This document shows, in pieces, positions 59,974 through 64,000 of a stretch of DNA of 64,000 nucleotides; the stretch's first letter is position 1, and each line of letters opens with the position of its first letter. The stretch spans positions 7,476,914 to 7,540,913 of the forward strand of contig NC_134034.1 of the NCBI RefSeq assembly GCF_964204645.1, written 5' to 3'. The stretch is from Tubulanus polymorphus. Lineage: Eukaryota; Animalia; Nemertea. Both the position numbers and the translations under genes were made by a program. The notes beneath the pieces are model-generated. The model ran no database searches. It was given only the letters and a program-made list of their open reading frames with translations, and was not told where the DNA came from.

Positions 59974-60322
59974 AAAGCTGGCAATTCTATTTGAGCTTTG
60001 TATGTATATAATACATAGCTTTTGCTTACTACTAAAACATATATATTGCCAAATATATCATGTTTTCAATTCTAAAGAATTAATTAACTTCATCATAAAG
60101 AACATCTGTGCAGAAGTAATTAGTTTGGTCGAACATGCGCCACGTCGGCAGTTAGAAATCAACTTTCACATACATAGAACGTATTGGATATTCTCTCTCA
60201 AAACACAGTTTACAGTTCTAAATCTAAATGTAAGTACCTTTTTTTGTAGTTATTATGAATTAGGGAAACCTTTAAACATATTTAAGTACAGTAATTCATT
60301 TTCACGATATCTTTTAGATTAA

Positions 60323-60788
60323 AATGGAATACAGAGCAACCAGAAATTCCAAGCCAACCAACGGATGAGGAACCAGAAACGACGGATAGTGAAACTCAGG
60401 AATCAATAGAAATGGAGGATAGAACTCTCGTAATTGACGAACAAACTTCACAAAATTACAAGAACATTTGGATTATCATCAAGAAATGGTGAAAATTCTG
60501 AGTGATGTAATACATAATAAACAATTACCGCGCGAACTACAATTACCAAAATTACCAGCAACGCGACTTAAATTGCTGTTGGGACTCAAAGAATCGAAAA
60601 CTAAGAAAATGAGTGGAGATATCAGTGCCGGTTTTGAAAGAAAACTGAGAAGAGTAGGTAGATTAATAAAATATGAAAAATTCAAAATATTAGGATTAGC
60701 ATTTAGTGAAGTAGTTAGATATTTACCAGAAATTGAAGAAATGATTGGAAACAATCCAGTAATTAAAGAATTCTGGACAAAATTATAA
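60323..60788 (+). pseudogene. Variable accessory protein of C (internally deleted relative to A 18040-18769)
   Basis: LDYH......L..VI, LPKLP...LK.LLGLKE and IKEFW.KL motifs shared with A. Confidence 0.6.
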
Positions 60789-60881
60789 ATTATAACACTC
60801 TGTCTTTGTAATATAGATATCAAAAAATGTAATCTCGATTGTATATATCTGTTTAAATATTGTATTGTTTACTGTTAACAG

Positions 60882-61218
60882 TGTATTGCGCAATAACCGG
60901 TCCGATTGAACCGTTTTTCTATTGTTCTCCATTGTTCTATTATTGATCGTTGTTAATGGCGGCGGTTGTTCTGTATTGATTGTTTACGTGTGTAACTGTG
61001 TATTGCGCAATAACCGGTCCGATTGGACTGCTTTTCTATTGTTCTCCATTGTTCTACTATTGATCGTTGTTGACTGAAACAGCTGCTCAATATTGATTGG
61101 TTACAGTTCTATGTTTGAATGTTGTAGTTTACAGAATAAAAATATAACTTTGTATTGCGCAATAACCGGTCCGATTGGACCGCATTTCTATTGTTCTCCA
61201 TTGTTCTATTATCGATCG
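60882..61218. repeat. Three 68-bp direct repeats with 49- and 84-bp spacers
   Basis: TGTATTGCGCAATAACCGGTCCGATTG...GATCG at 60882, 60999 and 61151. Confidence 0.9.
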
Positions 61219-61627
61219 CTAAAATTTACATAATAAATATATGTGTTTATGAAATAATATTTCCACCAGTCGTTTCTTTGAATTTATTTTCAGCTTGAGG
61301 ATTTATTATCGAGAATCCGAAATGACTTATCTGAACAGTTATAGTTACCGCTCCTATAGATAGACAATAGTAGTGAGATATTAAATCCTAATTTAAATAA
61401 AAAGTATTTAAAAAACAATAACTTCAACTAGCTAGTGAATTCTATTATATTTTTAATATTTTCTTTTGGTAATTCTAATTGACACTAAATTGAATAGGTT
61501 TTGAATAGATTTGAATAGAAATTCTTTAACTTTAACTAACCTAGTCAATTTAGTATTTACCCAAAGAGATACTAGTATCATTTTATAATACTTATAATAT
61601 TTTTATTATTAAATTTCTCTAATATAA

Positions 61628-62236
61628 ATGTCAAAGAAATCGAGTAAGAATAGTATTGATATTGAAAAAACATTAGATGATTTGGGCATAAGTGATAATA
61701 AAGATACAGTTGTAACTAATTGTGCTCAAGTTAATTGTAATATAGATTATGAATACTATTTATATTGTAAGCATCATCTAGAACTATTGATTGCCGGTGG
61801 AAAAACTAAGGATTTCTTGGGGAAAATAATAACTTTTCAAGAATTAGATGCTATGAAACCCGATAAAGTAATAAAATATTTTAAGATTTATGAAGAAGCA
61901 AGATTAGCCTGAATAAATGATTCTATTTCAGATGGTATTGTCAAATGTTATTCTAAATTATGTAACCAGTTAATACCAATTGATGATGAAAATAAATTAT
62001 ATAGTGATTTGAAAAATGACTACTTAGTTATGACTGAATTACAAAAATGGGTTGGTTATGCTTCATTTCAATTAGGATCGGTTATGACATTAATTTCTAC
62101 TGGTGTCATAACATTTTCGAACATCAAGCCTATGGAATATAAATCAGGTAAGAATGAAACAGATGACGCTGTACTACAACCGAACGTCGAAACAGAAAAT
62201 GAATCAGAACAAAAATTAACTAAAATAAATGAGTGA
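61628..62236 (+). pseudogene. MSKKSSKNS protein, copy C
   Basis: One TGA at 61910-61912 where A has CGA and B has AGA. Confidence 0.8.
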
Positions 62237-62594
62237 TGGCGTTAAGAAAAAGGCTAGATCCGAGAAACAAATTAAATGGGCAAGAGAATTAGGTAAAAGA
62301 TCTGCAGAATTAAAAAAAGCTAAGAAAAAGAAATTAACTGATATAAATGAATCACAGACTTTATCTGATATTGATTCAAATAATAATCCATCTGATTCTT
62401 CTAATGCTGGAAGTAATTATAAATTATATATTTCAATTGGATTAGTAACAGTTATTATATTATCCGGTGTAATATATAAATTAAAATTCAAATCTGATGA
62501 TAATGATTCCGATGATAATAAACCTATCATACCAGAAAATAAGTCAAATCATAAAGTCATTGAAACTAAATCTAAATTATTATTAATGGATTAA
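62229..62594 (+). CDS. Basic N-terminus, single-TM protein, copy C
   Basis: Intact homologue of 44786..45154. Confidence 0.75.
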   Translation: MSDGVKKKARSEKQIKWARELGKRSAELKKAKKKKLTDINESQTLSDIDSNNNPSDSSNAGSNYKLYISIGLVTVIILSGVIYKLKFKSDDNDSDDNKPIIPENKSNHKVIETKSKLLLMD

Positions 62595-62600
62595 AATAAG

Positions 62601-63725
62601 ATGAAAAAAGAACAATATTTAAGAGATTTATATTATAACCCAGAGAGTGAAGTATCATATTCTATTGTTTCAGAATTATGGGATAGAATTAAATCTGATA
62701 ATGAAAATGGTGCCGTATGGCACCCACATGGTGATATAAAATATAGTGAACTAAGATTATGGTTACAAAATCAACCAACATATCAAATTCATAAGAAAAT
62801 GGATAAAACTTATTTAACATGAAAAGTTATGGTTTCATATATCGATCAACAATGGCAAGCAGATTTAATTGACATGAAGAACTTAGAAGAATACAACAAA
62901 GGATATTTCTGGATATTAAATGTTATAGACATATTCAGTAGATACGCATGGTCAATTCCAATAAAAAATAAAACTGGTATAGAAGTGACAAATGCTTTTA
63001 AATCTATATTTAAAGAAGCAATTCCAGATAAGATACAATTTGATGAAGGTAAGGAATTCTATAACAAACATTTCAAAAAACTATTATCTGATAACGATGT
63101 AGAATATTTTTCAACACACTCAGATAAAAAAGCATCTATTATAGAAAGATTTAATAAAACATTGAAAACTAGAATGTGGAAATATTTTACTGCTAATGAA
63201 ACATATAAATATATCGATGAGTCTATAAATATATTCGATGATTTGGTGAAAGGTTATAATAATTCTAAACATAGTTCTATAAATATGAAACCTATACAAG
63301 CTAGAAAAGAAGATAATTCAGAAATAGTTTGGAATAATTTATATGGAGCATTTGTTACACATGATTTCGGTGAACCTAAATTTAAAATTGGACAACACGT
63401 AAGAATATCTAAATATAGAAAAACATTTTATAAAGGTTATACTCCAAATTTTACTGAAGAAATATTCAAGATTAAAAAGATAATATTAACTAAACCATTT
63501 GTTTATAAATTAGAAGATTTAAAAGATGAAGAAATATTAGGTTATTTCTATGAACAAGAATTATCACTTGTACCAAATCCAGATGAAATAGAATACAAAA
63601 TAGAAAAAGTATTGAAAAGAAAAACTCTAAAAGGAAAAAAGTATTCTTTGGTGAAATATAAATGATATGATGATAAATTTAATGAATGGATTTTATCTAG
63701 TAAAATTAAAAGAATAAATGAATAC
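62601..63725 (+). pseudogene. rve integrase with chromodomain, copy C (two in-frame TGA)
   Basis: Same motifs and same two TGA positions (62820-62822, 63663-63665) as B. Confidence 0.9.
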
Positions 63726-64000
63726 AGATTTATTTATATTCGAACCGCATAATATGTTAGTTACTGGTGTAACCAATTGTGGTAAAACACATTTCATATT
63801 AGACTTGTTAGAAACTATTTATAAGAATCATTTTGATAATATAATATTATTCTGTCCTACTTATGAAATGAATAAAACATATAATAGAGATATAGTTAAG
63901 ATGAAAAAGTTTATTATATTAGATCCTAAAACAGTAAAAGAAAATTTAGATAATTGTATAAAAATAGCAATTGATACTTATAAAGGATCAAATACATTAT
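63718..64000 (+). CDS. Packaging ATPase, copy C (partial)
   Basis: MNTDLFIFEPHNMLVTGVTNCGKT, open to the window end. Has AAA where B has the premature stop. Confidence 0.88.
   Translation, partial: MNTDLFIFEPHNMLVTGVTNCGKTHFILDLLETIYKNHFDNIILFCPTYEMNKTYNRDIVKMKKFIILDPKTVKENLDNCIKIAIDTYKGSNTL

Larger units (their letters stand above)
56266..64000 (-). mobile_element. Polinton copy C (inverted relative to B; continues beyond window)
   Basis: Terminus almost identical to the reverse complement of B's right end, followed by HNH, TM genes, integrase and ATPase. Predicted TSD AGTGTC (56260-56265). Confidence 0.93.

Noticed and set aside
60882-61218. CRISPR-like repeat-spacer array
   Set aside because: Only three 68-bp repeats, unequal and mutually similar spacers, no cas genes, eukaryotic context.
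1-64000. Prokaryotic or free giant-virus contig
   Set aside because: Spliceosomal introns, Bel/Pao, Harbinger and Helentron elements, TSDs and pervasive pseudogenisation indicate a eukaryotic chromosome.

Overview
AT-rich, repeat-saturated eukaryotic DNA, probably from a bilaterian invertebrate, made almost entirely of nested mobile elements. No ordinary host gene is evident. It holds four related Polinton/Maverick (adintovirus-like) endogenous viruses. B is full length (29027-48708, 6-bp TSD CTGGTG). A lacks its left part (1-20106). C is inverted and runs off the window (56266-64000). D is old, inverted and fragmentary (about 20107-20928 and 50790-53230). The rest comprises two Bel/Pao LTR retrotransposons, two Helentron/HINE-type elements, a Harbinger transposon, Harbinger-type MITEs, an IS3EU-like element, a LINE 3' scrap and an intron-containing DUF3987/YfjI-like P-loop ATPase gene. 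Three observations stand out. (1) Every Polinton end seen is a long imperfect palindrome, and the central loop occurs in flip and flop orientations, suggesting hairpin-ended extrachromosomal genomes. (2) Most Polinton genes start at a poxvirus-like T-run or A-run + TAAATG motif, and no adenain protease was found; together with (1) this hints at a virophage/satellite lifestyle on a poxvirus-like helper. (3) A phage/plasmid-type DUF3987 ATPase gene carries four spliceosomal introns and may belong to an unclassified mobile element. All family calls come from motif recognition by eye; no database searches were run.
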